Positions 1 through 12,120 of a stretch of DNA of 64,000 bases are shown here, in pieces (within the stretch, counting starts at the first letter, position 1; each line of letters begins with the position of its first letter). The stretch lies in contig NC_058377.1 in assembly GCF_018350175.1 (NCBI RefSeq), forward strand, positions 101,432,001 to 101,496,000, in the 5' to 3' direction. The translations under genes were made by a program, and so were the position numbers. The notes beneath the pieces are model-generated. The model saw only the letters and a list, made by a program, of their open reading frames with translations, had not been told where the DNA came from and searched no databases. This stretch comes from Felis catus (taxonomy: Eukaryota).

Positions 1-393
1 AAAAATCATTTTCCCCGTCCTTAAATGGTAATTTCTTTATTTTGATGTCTGTAGAACATTATAATTTAAAAATCAGTCACATGATATTCAAATTCTCCTT
101 TATGATATAGCCAACACTCATGGAGGCCCTGGTTACTTACAGCCAGTTTTCTCTCTGGCAACTGCTTATGCCTAACTGTTACAAAATGCAGGGCAGCTGT
201 GATAACAGATTTTTTTGAGAACTGTGCAAAGCAGTTCTAAGATTTTGATGNNNNNNNNNNNNNNNNNNNNNNNNNNNNNNNNNNNNNNNNNNNNNNNNNN
301 NNNNNNNNNNNNNNNNNNNNNNNNNNNNNNNNNNNNNNNNNNNNNNNNNNNNNNNNNNNNNNNNNNNNNNNNNNNNNNNNNNNNNNNNNNNNN

Positions 394-690
394 CTGGCTA
401 TTCTTTCCTGCTTTGTCAAAGTTGAGTTGACCATGTAGTTGTGAGTCTATTTCAGGGTTCTGTTTTCTGTTCCATTGATCTATGTGTCTGTTTTTCTGCC
501 AGTACCATACTGTCTTGATGACTACAACTTTATGATACAGTTTGAAATCCAGGATCATGATGCCTCCAGTTTTGATTTGTGTTTTTTTTTTTTTTCAGGA
601 CTGTCTTGGCAGTTTCAGGTCCTTTGTGGTTCCATACTAATTCTAGAATTGTTTGATCTATCTGTACAATGAATACTGTTTCCTTAAGAT
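394..690 (-). mobile_element. LINE-1 ORF2 fragment, abutting N-gap
   Basis: Translation [30 protein letters not shown] is typical of the L1 ORF2 C-terminal region. Confidence 0.9.
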
Positions 691-2432
691 TTGTCTTCCC
701 TTCCAGACTATTAATTCCAAGAGTGTAAGAAACTAAAATTTTAATTCACTATATACACAACACTCTGCACAGTGACTAGAACATGCTAGTCATAAATACA
801 TATTGAGTGACTTTATTGAAAAAAAATAGAGTAGGATTTCACCCACAAATATCTTTTAGTTGACATGATGTTCTCAAATTGACACATTTTGCACTACTTG
901 CAAGATCATGAAATTCTTCTAAAGATCAATATATTTTGAATTCACGTGGCTTGCATTCTAGTATGGAAGCGAATGATGAGACCTGAGTAGCAGTTTCATC
1001 CATTAAAAGGCAAATGCTCTATGGTTTTAGAAGATGTCTAAACTTATTATCTTCTAACCCATCATCCTAACTTCACAACCTGATTTCATTTGTTGGCCTT
1101 ATGATTGAATATAGTGTGAAAGGCACACAAATGTCAGTTACAAAGTAGAATAGGAACATAATACAGAAAATGTTCACTTCTACCTGCAAAAAAGTCTGGC
1201 AAGATAACCTATATGTGATGACTTTATATCCATGGTGACTAGATCTAGGGAGGAAGAAATAAAAAAGAGGTCTTTCAAAGTAAGTCATGATTTTTAATTG
1301 CAATCACATCTGTTCCGTGTGAGTTTATAACAGGTTGGTAGAAGAATTTTCTTTTGCCCTGGACATTACACTTTAATTAAGCCTGATACTGAAGACAGTC
1401 TGACACTTAATGAAACAACCCAAATTCTGATAACACATAGATGTATAAATAGTGGTACATTTTTAAAATGTAAAGCTACTCAATAACAGAAAATATATCA
1501 AATTATGGATCTATACATCAACTGGATGATTTTCCAAAATATTTTGGCAACTCAGAGAATGTACACACAAAAGACTATATATGGTTTGATTCTATTTATA
1601 TGAATATAGCAAGAAAAAGGCATATCTGTGATTAGCAAAGGCGGGGTATGCAGGGAAGTAATTGTCATAAAAGGGATAAAAAGGAAATTTGGGAAGTGAT
1701 GAAATCCTGTATATGTCAATCAATAGTGGTGACAGTCCTATGGATACACATTTGTCAAAACACCCAAATTGTACTTAAAATGGACACATGTGTGCCCATT
1801 ACCTCTTGTAGTTCACTGTCTCCACAGGGATCAGTTGTTTGTGAAAAAAAATAGATGTATCCATTAATAGAATAAAAGGTTAAAATTATATGGTCATCTC
1901 AATAGATGCAGAAAAACATTTGACAAAATTCAATGCCCTATCATGAAAACTCTCAACAAATTGGGTATAAAAAGAGCATACGTCAATATAATAAAGGCTA
2001 TATATGACAAGCCCACAGCTAACATCATACTCAATGGTGGAAAGGTGAAACCTTTCCTTTATGGTTAAAAACAAGACATAGGTGTCCACAATCACCACTC
2101 CCAGTGAACAAAATACTGGAAGTCCAAGCTAGAGCAATTAGGCAAAAAAAAAAGTATCCAATATCTGAAAGAAATAAGTAAAATTATATTTGCAGACGAT
2201 AGATCTTATACATAGGAAAACCTAAAGACACTACCAAATAACTGTTAGAGCTAATAAATAAATTCAGTAAGTTTATGCAGAATGCAAAATCAACAAGTAA
2301 AAAATAAGTTGCGTTTTTACATACTAATAATGTACTATTTGGGAAAAAAATAAAGAAAAAAATCCAATAGCACCAAGATCAATAAAATACTTAGGAATGA
2401 TTTTAACCAAAGCATGAAAAGATCTGTCCACT

Positions 2433-2604
2433 GGGGTGCCTGAGTAGATCAGTAGATTGAGTTCTTGGTTTCAGCTCGTGTCATGATCTCACAGCTCCTG
2501 AGTTCGAGTCCCACATGGCTCCTTGCTGACTGTGCAGAGCTGCTTGGAATTGTCTCTCTCCCTTTCCACCTCCCCCACTTGTATGCTCAGTTCTTCCTCT
2601 CTCT

Positions 2605-2642
<38 letters not shown>

Positions 2643-2660
2643 GTAAATAAATAAAGTAAA
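2433..2660 (+). mobile_element. Can-SINE (older copy)
   Basis: ggggtgcctg head, (CT)n tract, aataaa/A tail, degenerate TSD aagatctgt. Confidence 0.9.
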
Positions 2661-4100
2661 AAGAAATCTGTGCAAATCTAAAAACAAAAAGTCTTTGATG
2701 AAAGAAATTGAAGAAGACATAAACAAAAAGATACCCGGTGTTTATGGATTGAAAGAGAGTTAAAATTGTTAAAATGTGCATACTACCCAAAGCCATCTGT
2801 AGATTTAATGCAATTCCAATAAAAAACCCAATGACATTTTTCACTGTAACAAGGCAAATAATCCTAAAATTCATATGGAACAACAACAACAACAAAAAGA
2901 TCTTAAATAGCCAAAGCAATCATGAGAAAGGACAAAGCCAGAGGCATCACACTTCCTGATTTTAAATTATTTTACAAAGTTATAGCAGTACAAACAAGAT
3001 GGTATTGGTACCAAAAACAGACACATAGACCAAAGAAACAGAATTGAGAGCCAAGAAATAAACCCGTGCGTATACGGTCAACTAATATTTGACAAGGGAG
3101 TTAAAAAATACTCCATGTGGAAAGGAGAGCTTCTTCGGTGAGTGGTGCTGGGAAGAGGATGACCACATGCAGAACAATTAAATTGGAGCTCTATTTTATA
3201 CCACACATAAAAAATTAACTTGAAATAAATTAATAACTTAAGCATAAAACCTGCCATAGGAAAAATGTTCCTTGGTATTCGTCTTGGCAATGGCTTTTTG
3301 TATGTGAAATCAAAAGTACAAGCAAGAAAACAAAAATTAGACTGCTTCAAACTTAAAGTCTGCACAGCAAAAAAAAAAAAAAAAACTATCAACAAAATGA
3401 AAAGACAACTTACGGGTTGGGAGAGAATATTTGCAAACAATATATCAGAGAAGACATTAATATCCAAAATATATAACAAAAAATACAGCTTAATACAAAA
3501 ACAAATAAGCCTGTTTAGAAGTGGGCGGATGTCCTGAATAGAAATTTTTCCAAAGAAGACATACAAATGGCCAATAGGTAATGAAAAGCTGCTTATCGCA
3601 AAACATCATGGAAATGCAAAGGAAAACCACAGCGCGATAAACTTCACAGCTATTAGGTGGCTATTATCAAAAAGACAAGAGATACTAAGTGCTGGAGAGG
3701 ATGTGGAGAAAAAGGAACCCATGTGCGTTGCTGATGGGAACATAAATCTATATAGACAATATGGAAACAGTATGGAGCTTCTTCAAAAAACCAAAAATAA
3801 AACTATCATATGATCCAGTTAGCCCCCTTCTGGGGATATGTACAGCCGGTCGAAATGAAATCATAATCTTGAAGAGATCGGTGCACCTTCACGTTCATTG
3901 CAGCAAAACTCACAAGATTCAAGACACGGAAACAATGTTAGTGTCCATTTGCAGATGAATGGTTAAGACGATGTGGTATTTATATACAACAGAATATTAA
4001 TCCATCATTTAAAAAGTGGAAATTGCCATTTGTAATATTGGATGAGGGCACTATACTAAGTGAAATAAGTGAGATAGACTAAGACCGTATAATCTAACTT

Positions 4101-4303
4101 CTTTTTGAATGTGTTTATTTATTTTGAGAGAGAGAGAGAGAGAGAGCAGGAGCCAGGGGCAGAGGGAGAGAAAGAGAAAATCTCAAGCAGGATCCGCACT
4201 CAACATGGAGCCTGACACAGGGTTCAATCCCATGACCGAGGGATCATGACTTGAGCTGAAATTAAAAGTTGAATGGTCAACTAACTGAACCACCCGGGTG
4301 CCC
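4101..4303 (-). mobile_element. Can-SINE (older copy)
   Basis: Reverse-strand SINE body; TSD gtat(a/g)atctaactt at 4087-4100 and 4305-4318. Confidence 0.9.
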
Positions 4304-5539
4304 AGTATGATCTAACTTTTATGTGGAATCTAAGAAAGTCAGATTCACATAAACAGAGGGTACAGGGCTGGTTGTCAGGTGGGGGGGATGTGGGAAATGG
4401 GGAAATGTTGGTCAAAGGCTACAAGCCTTCAGTTATAAGATGAATAACCTCAAGGGACTCTAACGTACAACATGGTGACTGTAGTTAACAATACTGTACT
4501 GTATACTTGAAAATGCTAAGAGAGTAGATCTTAAATGTTTCACCGTGACCACCACAGGAAAAAAAAATGTGTTTATGGGACATGATAGATGTGTTAACAA
4601 ACAGTCTTGCGATAATCATTTCATAACATATACATGTATCAAATCATTACAATGTACACCGTAAGCATACACAATGTTATATGTCAATTATCTCTCATTT
4701 TGTAAATAAAATTTATAAATTTATCTCATTTTATAAATAAAACACTAAACTTAGTAAATTTCCAAGATTAAAATCATAAGTCATATGTTCTCTGGCAACA
4801 GAACGAAATGACAAATATGTAACAATGAAATATCTTTTAAACTCTCAAATATACAATGATTAAGCACTATCTTCTATAATAGCTCAAAGGTTAAAGAAGA
4901 GGTGCTGGAAAAAAAAGAAAATATTGCAAAATGAATGTAAAAATTACCAAAAATTGGCAGTTTTTGGCTAAAGTGGTGTTTAGGTAAAGGATATAAAATG
5001 TTTATATGAGAAAAAAGCAACACTCAAATCAATAATCCAAATTTTCACTTATAAACTAGAAATGAAGAAAAAAGACATTGCCCGGCATTTCTAAACTTTT
5101 CACATCAAAGTGATACTGAAAGCATTCTTTCTTTTCCTAGACCTGGGTGCGTAGATTCAGGCTTGCAGATCAGAGGGAAAAAGTAGGTCCCTATAGTTCA
5201 GAGGTCATAGACTGGATCCACAAACTCAGAGCTAGGGAAAAAAAAAAAAGGTCACCCTATTCCTCTCTTCCCCATTCCCATACTGACCATTATATAAGCA
5301 CATTCACAAGGAACAGGAAGACTATCATGATCCGTGCTTTTTGGTTTAACTTAGTAACTTAGAGGAGAAGGACAGAAGGATGTGTTTCACAAACACTCCT
5401 AGCCCCAAAAGATAGATAATAATGAGAATAGAACAAATGTAAGGAGTGGAACTGAGAACATCTTTATCTCGTCATCATTGTAAACAATAAGAGCATGGGA
5501 ATGTTCCATGCCATACTGAGTGGGAGTTTTCAATTAGAA

Positions 5540-5705
5540 CAGTGCTCCTCAAATTTAATGTGTTTACAAATCACCTATGATTTGATTAAAACACAAGTTT
5601 GGATATAGTGCATCTAAGGTGCAGAATGTGGTGCTCCTACATTTCTAACAAAGTCCAAGGTGATGCTGTTGCTGCTGGTGTATGGACCACATGTTGAGGT
5701 GCAAG
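5540..5705. mobile_element. MER5-like hAT-Charlie DNA transposon relic
   Basis: cagtgctcctcaaattt...catttctaacaa...ggtgatgctgttgctgctggt...ggaccac resembles the MER5A/B consensus. Confidence 0.7.
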
Positions 5706-5858
5706 AATGCAGATTTATAAGTGAAGCTCATCTTTTCCCCAGACTTGAGATTTTTAGCTGAGATATTTGAGACTTATTTATAGAGAATATAAAAATACAT
5801 CATTAGAATACAAAGATATTGAGCCCAAGTTTTAGTGACGATTCATTGGAAATCAGGG

Positions 5859-6803
5859 TCAGTCCCATGTTAGTGACCTATTTCCTCTGAGGACATTTTT
5901 CAAGGCTTGCTTTACATCCTTGTTCCGCAGACTGTATATCAATGGATTAAGCACCGGACTTACAAAAGTGTACAAGACAGCTATTATTTTGGATTCCTCT
6001 ACAGTCTTATCTGTTGGTGGTCTTACATACATGCAGAAGAGGGTCCCATAAAAGAGGGTCACAGCCATCATGTGGGAGCCACAGGTGGAGAATGCCTTGT
6101 GCCTGCCCTCTGCCGATTTGATCCGGAGGATGGCACCAATAATGAAGGCATAGGACACCAGGATGATGCAGAGGGAGTTGGAGAGATTGAAGCCAGCTGA
6201 TATGAGCATGGCATGCTCTTTGACATACGTATCAGAGCAAGAAAGCTTAATCAGTGGTGGGTCAGCACAGTAGAAGTGGTTGATGACATTGGATCTACAG
6301 AAGTTCAAGCGGAAGGTCAGGAGGGCCTGGAACAGCCCATCTGAGAAGCCATAGACATAAGGCAATGTGGCCAAACAGAGGCAGATGCGCCTGGACATTT
6401 TCATACTATAGCGCAGAGGGTTACATATGGCCACGTAGCGGTCATAGGCCATTGCCGCCAATATGTAAATCTCAGTGAGGAGAAGCGCAATGAAAATGTA
6501 ACATTGTGTAAAGCAGCCAACAAAGGTGATGGTCTTCTTCTCCGATAAGAAATTAGTCAACATCTGTGGGGTTGCATTTGAGGTGTAACACAAGTCCACA
6601 AAGGCCAAATTAGTGAGGAAGAAGTACATGGGTGTGTGGAGGTGAGAGTCCAGTCTGATCAACAGCATCATGCCCAGGTTGCCCGAGAGGGTGACAAGAT
6701 ACAAAACCAGAAACAGCACAAAGAAGAGAAGTTGGAGTTCAGGCCGGTCTGTGAGCCCCAGGAGAATGAATTCTGTTATTGCACTGGCATTTGAGATGGA
6801 CAT
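5859..6803 (-). CDS. OR5M11: Olfactory receptor family 5 subfamily M member 11, intact (314 aa)
   Basis: OR motifs [44 protein letters not shown]. Start set to the ATG at 6803 because the ORF-track start is a TTG upstream of a splice acceptor (polypyrimidine...cgcAG at 6821-6822). Close match to recalled human OR5M11. Confidence 0.9.
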   Translation of the reverse strand: MSISNASAITEFILLGLTDRPELQLLFFVLFLVLYLVTLSGNLGMMLLIRLDSHLHTPMYFFLTNLAFVDLCYTSNATPQMLTNFLSEKKTITFVGCFTQCYIFIALLLTEIYILAAMAYDRYVAICNPLRYSMKMSRRICLCLATLPYVYGFSDGLFQALLTFRLNFCRSNVINHFYCADPPLIKLSCSDTYVKEHAMLISAGFNLSNSLCIILVSYAFIIGAILRIKSAEGRHKAFSTCGSHMMAVTLFYGTLFCMYVRPPTDKTVEESKIIAVLYTFVSPVLNPLIYSLRNKDVKQALKNVLRGNRSLTWD

Positions 6804-8209
6804 TTTCTGAGAGTCTGGACCTGCGTTGGAAACAATGGAAGTCAAGCAGACAGAAAGGTACAAATCCTACTTCTGACTGTTGAAATGATTTTCCTCAATA
6901 TCTCCATGTGTCATTCAAAATGAACGTTACCATAAACAGACTTTGTGCTTCTGCTAAGCCATTATTTCATTTGTCTTTGTATGGAATTACTATTATATTT
7001 CTCTCTGTATAACTGTAGTTGCACCTATAGCTATACCTATAGATAACTGTACATAATACCTATTCCGTTATCCATGTTTACAACTGAGCTACACGTCCCC
7101 TCTCCCCCTTCAAAATTTTTTCCTCTCAAACTGTACTTATCCGATAAGGTTCAGTATGTTTTATGCATCCAGCACACCCTATATACCTCTGACTCACTCT
7201 GTAGCACATTCTATCACCTTTCTGCTCATTCTATCTACTTTCCACTCCTCATATATTCCTTCCTCTGGGACAGGGACAAAGTCCAGCTCATTATCGAACT
7301 GTGACTTCTAATTGCACATTTACAGATTCAATTTTAGGAAAGGAAAGAAAAGAATAGTGGAAGCATGAAAAATGGATTAATTACATATGTTTTACTCATC
7401 TCTGCATCCCAATGGAGCTTGTCATGATGTCGTGCCCTCAGGAGAATTAAGAGCTTTTTGAATTTAGTGTACAAAACAATTGCTGAGAAGACTTCTTAAG
7501 AAAAGTTACAGGAAGTTTATGTGAGATACTTTCATGTGGGATATGGGGAACTTCATATGTAACAAGTAACCAGGAGATTATAATGCAGATGTTCCCAGAT
7601 TCACAATTTTAAAAAGGACAATCACTTTGGTCTAATAAACTTACAGCAAATAAACGAGTGAAGAATCATCTAATCAAATGAATTCTCACTCATTATTTTG
7701 AGAACAGTCTACAGCAATATAGATATATAATGTGCTGATAAGTAAGTAAGTTTTGCATGGTTAGTATTTAAGTTGTTAATCACAACTTCTACCTATCCAG
7801 AAGTAGGACAAATTCTATGGGTTTTTTGCTCTCCTTTACATCATAACCAGTGCTTAGTTTCATCTTCCTTTTTCTCAAATGTTCTTTTTCTTGCCCTTCC
7901 TCTCATATTCAATTTTTTGAACCCTGCCCAATTCTTGTCTCATTTCAAAATGAGTCACTGAAACTTACTTTAGTATAGGTTTTAGAGAGACAACAGCAAT
8001 GTCTTTTTGTGCTTTATCTCCTTTATCCAGAGAGTAGGTACTTAACATTTGTTGAATACACTAACAACACTTGCTGATAATGAGCAATGATCCTTAACCG
8101 TGGGTTACTTCATTTCCTCATTCGTAAGTGGGAATGATGATATCTGTTCAACCTCGCTCAAGGGTCATTGTGGATATCAAACTAGATGTTCATAAACATC
8201 TAGTTTGTG

Positions 8210-8800
8210 ATGAGGCACGGCCGATGCAAAAGTGAACAAAACCACCTTCAAAATCCCTGCCCTTCCGACCTTCACGTACAGTGGACGGAGACATAGATTA
8301 GTGCAAGGAAGTAATTGGTGATTCAAATGGCATTGTTAGGGAGGGGAAAAATGGAGTTTCGTGAAGCAGGTGTTCAGCTTTTAAGTAGTAACATCAGGGA
8401 AGTACGTCTGAAAAGATGACCTTTTTTGACAACAAACTGAAGGAGGACAAGAACAAGCAATAATCTTACTTTACGAAGGGTGTTCTAGGAAGGAGAAGGA
8501 ACAGAGGCAAAGTCACCGTGTGGGATCTTTCTTTGTGGATAGTGGCAGTGTCTCTTCAGGAAGTGGCCAGCCGGAGACTGCCCTCTAAACAATGTATTTC
8601 TTTAAATGACACACGTCAGTAGGGTGGCTTAGGAGATGATTTCACATCTGTTTGCACCCAGGAACCCTCAGAAAGGATGTAGATAGTGGTCCCCAGGACA
8701 GAGAAAGATGGAAAGTAAAAGATCAGAATGTGAGCTTTTCAGGTTTATAGACACTATAGAACTTGGACTTAAGGCTTTCATTTGTAGAAAAACTCATTTG
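8210..8800 (-). mobile_element. Degenerate L2 fragment, preceded by a MIR relic at about 8090-8190
   Basis: aaaatccctgccct...tctgaaaagatgac...aagggtgttctagg pattern of antisense L2; catttcctcatt...gggaatgat MIR core. Confidence 0.5.
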
Positions 8801-9252
8801 TCGCATGTCACTTAATGAATACCTGTGGGAACTGAAAGAGTCTTGATTCGTGAGATGGTGACTTGTGTGGGATCCAGAAATACCCACTGGAAAGTAGAGC
8901 AGAAGTTCTGATAAATGGGAAGAAAAAAATAAATAAAAAGATAAGGAATAGCATAGCGTGTGCTTACAGAAAGAATGTCACAGATGACCCAGCTGCCTGT
9001 ATAAGGCCAGAGCAAAAGGGGAACATTCTTAACAGGGGGTTCAGAGTGGGTCCTGGAACACAAAGACTAACAGAGCTGATGACGGGGGATATAGAAGGAG
9101 ATCACCCTCACTCCTGTGAAAAGAAGAAAAAAAGACTAAGGAAAAAAAAAGAAAAACAAAACAAAACAAAACACCCAGGCAAGGATTCAGCCCTAGAGAG
9201 AATGCACTAGAGGGTAACAGAACTCAATGGGCAAGTTGTCTAGAGTAATTTT

Positions 9253-9495
9253 TTTTTTTAAAGAGAATCAGGTTTCTTTTAAATTTTTTTTTCAACGTTT
9301 ATTTATTTTGGGGACAGAGAGAGACAGAGCATGAACGGGGGAGGGGCAGAGAGAGAGGGAGACACAGAATCGGAAACAGGCTCCAGGCTCTGAGCCATCA
9401 GCCCAGAGCCTGACGCGGGGCTCGAACTCCCAGACCGCGAGATCGTGACCTGGCTGAAGTCGGACGCTTAACCGACTGCGCCACCCAGGCGCCCC
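9253..9495 (-). mobile_element. Young feline SINEC_Fc with extra 3' sequence
   Basis: CpG-rich near-consensus body; TSD tagagtaatttt at 9241-9252 and 9496-9507. Confidence 0.95.
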
Positions 9496-9736
9496 TAGAG
9501 TAATTTTGTAGCCCATTCAATTATAGGTAAACGACAGAAGATTTTTTTTCTCAAAAAAAGTTTGTAAATTAGGAAATAAAACTCTTAGCGAGAATTCATT
9601 GAAAAAAATGGAACTTAAGCTTCTTTTTTCCTCCTTTTTAAAATATAAATCTCATGAAATATTTATTGAAACTATGGATCCTCAACCAGAGTTAATACAC
9701 AAACTCAAAATCTTCCCCCACAAAAAATAGATGGAT

Positions 9737-9775
<39 letters not shown>
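9737..9775. repeat. (GATA)n microsatellite
   Basis: About 10 perfect GATA units. Confidence 0.95.
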
Positions 9776-10122
9776 GTAAAGGGCTCATAGATTGCCACGC
9801 TCTAACTACAAGAACTCTTCTCTTAGGGAAAGCTCCACCCCATGTCTGAAAATGTCCTTGCATTTTTCTATGATAGTAGACCTTTTACCTTTCTTTGTTC
9901 TTTTGCACCAGTGACAGCTCTGTAAAATGTTATCCAGGGAGATCAATGGAAATGTCAATGACCCTCATCAGGAAAACTCAGTGAGGTTCAAACTCAGGAC
10001 CTCAGAACAGAAGGGATGGCATGGGCATATTTCAAGCAAACAAGGAGCAAACTGTTGTGCCTTAGTTTGACACTTTAAGTAATTTCCTCCTGACTAAAAC
10101 TAAAGAACATAAAAACACGAAG

Positions 10123-10420
10123 ACTTACTTCTGATTGTGAAATGCACTATTTTTTCAGCTCTGATTGAGGAAGTTCACTGAGGCCTTTCCAATCTGTAAA
10201 ATGTTGTTGCATTTATACCAGGATGTGGGAGGTAAGGGCAGGTCTTAAAGCAAGTCTCAGAAGGATTTAAGAATAGCAGCGATGTGTGTTACATGGGGAA
10301 TCACGCCTGTGGGGATTAATCGGGACACTCTGGGATCAGAAAGCTAATCAGATGACTCAACCTTATTTTCCCTAATGTCAGAATTCCTATTTGCCCTACG
10401 AGCTCTGGGGAAGGCACACG
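10123..10420 (-). promoter_or_regulatory. Putative non-coding first exon and promoter of OR5M11
   Basis: Minus-strand donor GTAAGT at 10123-10128; TAAT cores at 10317, 10345, 10373; O/E-like TCCCCAGAG (10403-10411) and TCCCAGAG (10328-10335) on the minus strand; non-repeat DNA. Inference only. Confidence 0.4.
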
Positions 10421-10820
10421 AAAAGTTTCATCTTCAAATTTTGACAACCGTCTGATTTTCCATTTTTTTTTCTTTCACACTGAAACTGTTTCCTCTCTTA
10501 AATCCAGAACGCTCAGAATGTCCCCGCTGATGAACATCGAAGTCTTGGGGAAGGTCAGTCATAAACAGCATTGTAACATACACAGGTCATGGGCAAACTC
10601 CTTGGTGAGGACTTCCTCTGTGTGGACAACTTTCAAGTAGGTAATTTAATGTCATCAAAATAACCCTGAAGGGAAGGGACTCCATCCTGAACTTTCAGAA
10701 GAAAAGACAGAGGCTCTACTAAAGGAGCTTGGATGGACTAACGTCCCAGTACCAGGTAGTACCTAAGTGGCAGGGTAGAGTTTGATGCCTATCGTCACAT
10801 ACCAAGTGGACTCTGTTTTC

Positions 10821-11050
10821 TTTTCTTTTTTTTTTTTTTTAATTTTTGTAACGTTTATTTATTTTTGGGACCGGAAGAGACAGAGCATGAACAGGGGAGG
10901 TCAGAGAGAGAGGGAGACACAGAATCCGAAGCAGGCTCCAGGCTCTGAGCCATCAGCACAGAGCCCGAGGCGGGCTCGAACTCATGGACTTCGAGATCAT
11001 GACCTGAGCCGAAGTCAGACGCTTAACCGACTGAGCCACCCAGGCACCCC
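10821..11050 (-). mobile_element. Feline Can-SINE
   Basis: Full body; TSD tggactctgttttc at 10807-10820 and 11056-11069. Confidence 0.95.
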
Positions 11051-12120
11051 CAGATTGGACTCTGTTTTCAACTGAAAGTCGCTGCCGTTCCTCACCCTGC
11101 AGTCACGCTTTGTCCTTCTGTCCATCTCTGGCTTTAAATATTCACTGAGCTTCCCCTACAGTTGACACCTTGCTCATTCCCAGCAGATCCAAGTTGCTTC
11201 TGGCAGCAGGACAGGCTCAAATGGATGTCTTCTCAAAAGATGCTTTCTCCACCTCCGCAGAAGTGAGTTTGACCTCCCTCCTCCATGTGCTCTTAGCGCC
11301 CTGCCCCCATCCTTGTCTAACACAATCTGTTTAATTTACTGCCCATATCTCTCTTGACAACACTACATTGCATCTTTATGGGCAGGAACTGTGATCTCTG
11401 CGGCTAGCACAGGCCCTGGGATATGATCGCTGATCAACAGATACTTGCTGGATGACTTAAGAAGTGGGCCGTGTGTTCTTTGGTTTTGCGAATCCACAGC
11501 AACTCTTGGTTATCCCCTCCCTGGTACTTGCGCTTTTATTGAGCATACTTCCTTCGCCCTCAAAAATGAAAACTGCGGGGAGCCAAAGTGGAATAAGTGG
11601 GGAATTTATTTAAGGACCCAAAGGAAACAACTCACAATGAGGGTCATTAAATATAGGTGATAGGCATGAGACACTTACTATGCGCTGCAATCACCTTACA
11701 ATCCTTAGTTTAGTTATTCCTCACACAAGTCCATAGAACACTAGCACCATTTTCTTCATTTTACAGAGGGTAAACTGAAGCAAGGAGAGATTACGTAGCT
11801 TTCCCTGGTAGATGCAAATAATAATTGGTGAGCCTGGCATTCAATTAGGCCATTCAATAGTCTTTAATACCATGTTGTTGATACTTTAACAACGAAATGT
11901 GACGTGTTCACATCATACTAAACATTCTCCAGGTTTACTGGCATTCATTCATTCATTCATTCACTGGCTTGACAAACATTTAGGGGAAACTTTGTGCTTA
12001 CCACTGTACTGTCAATGTAGAGTATAAGAGAAAGTCAAACTATCTGTGTCCTTAAAGACTTTCTACTCCGTGGTGGGAGGGATGAGGCAAGCATATGCAA
12101 AGTTTCACTGTGCAGTTTTC

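Larger units (their letters stand above)
1865..4700 (+). mobile_element. 5'-truncated degenerate LINE-1 (RT region of ORF2 to 3' UTR), interrupted by two SINEs
   Basis: Motifs aatagatgcagaaaaacatttgacaaaatt and [15 protein letters not shown]; L1MA-type 3' UTR (gctaagagagtagatcttaaatg); many stops and frameshifts. Confidence 0.9.

Noticed and set aside
6804-6863. N-terminal extensions of OR5M11 (and of OR5AP2 at 41506-41529)
   Set aside because: They cross consensus splice acceptors; the OR5M11 one starts at TTG. Likely intronic.
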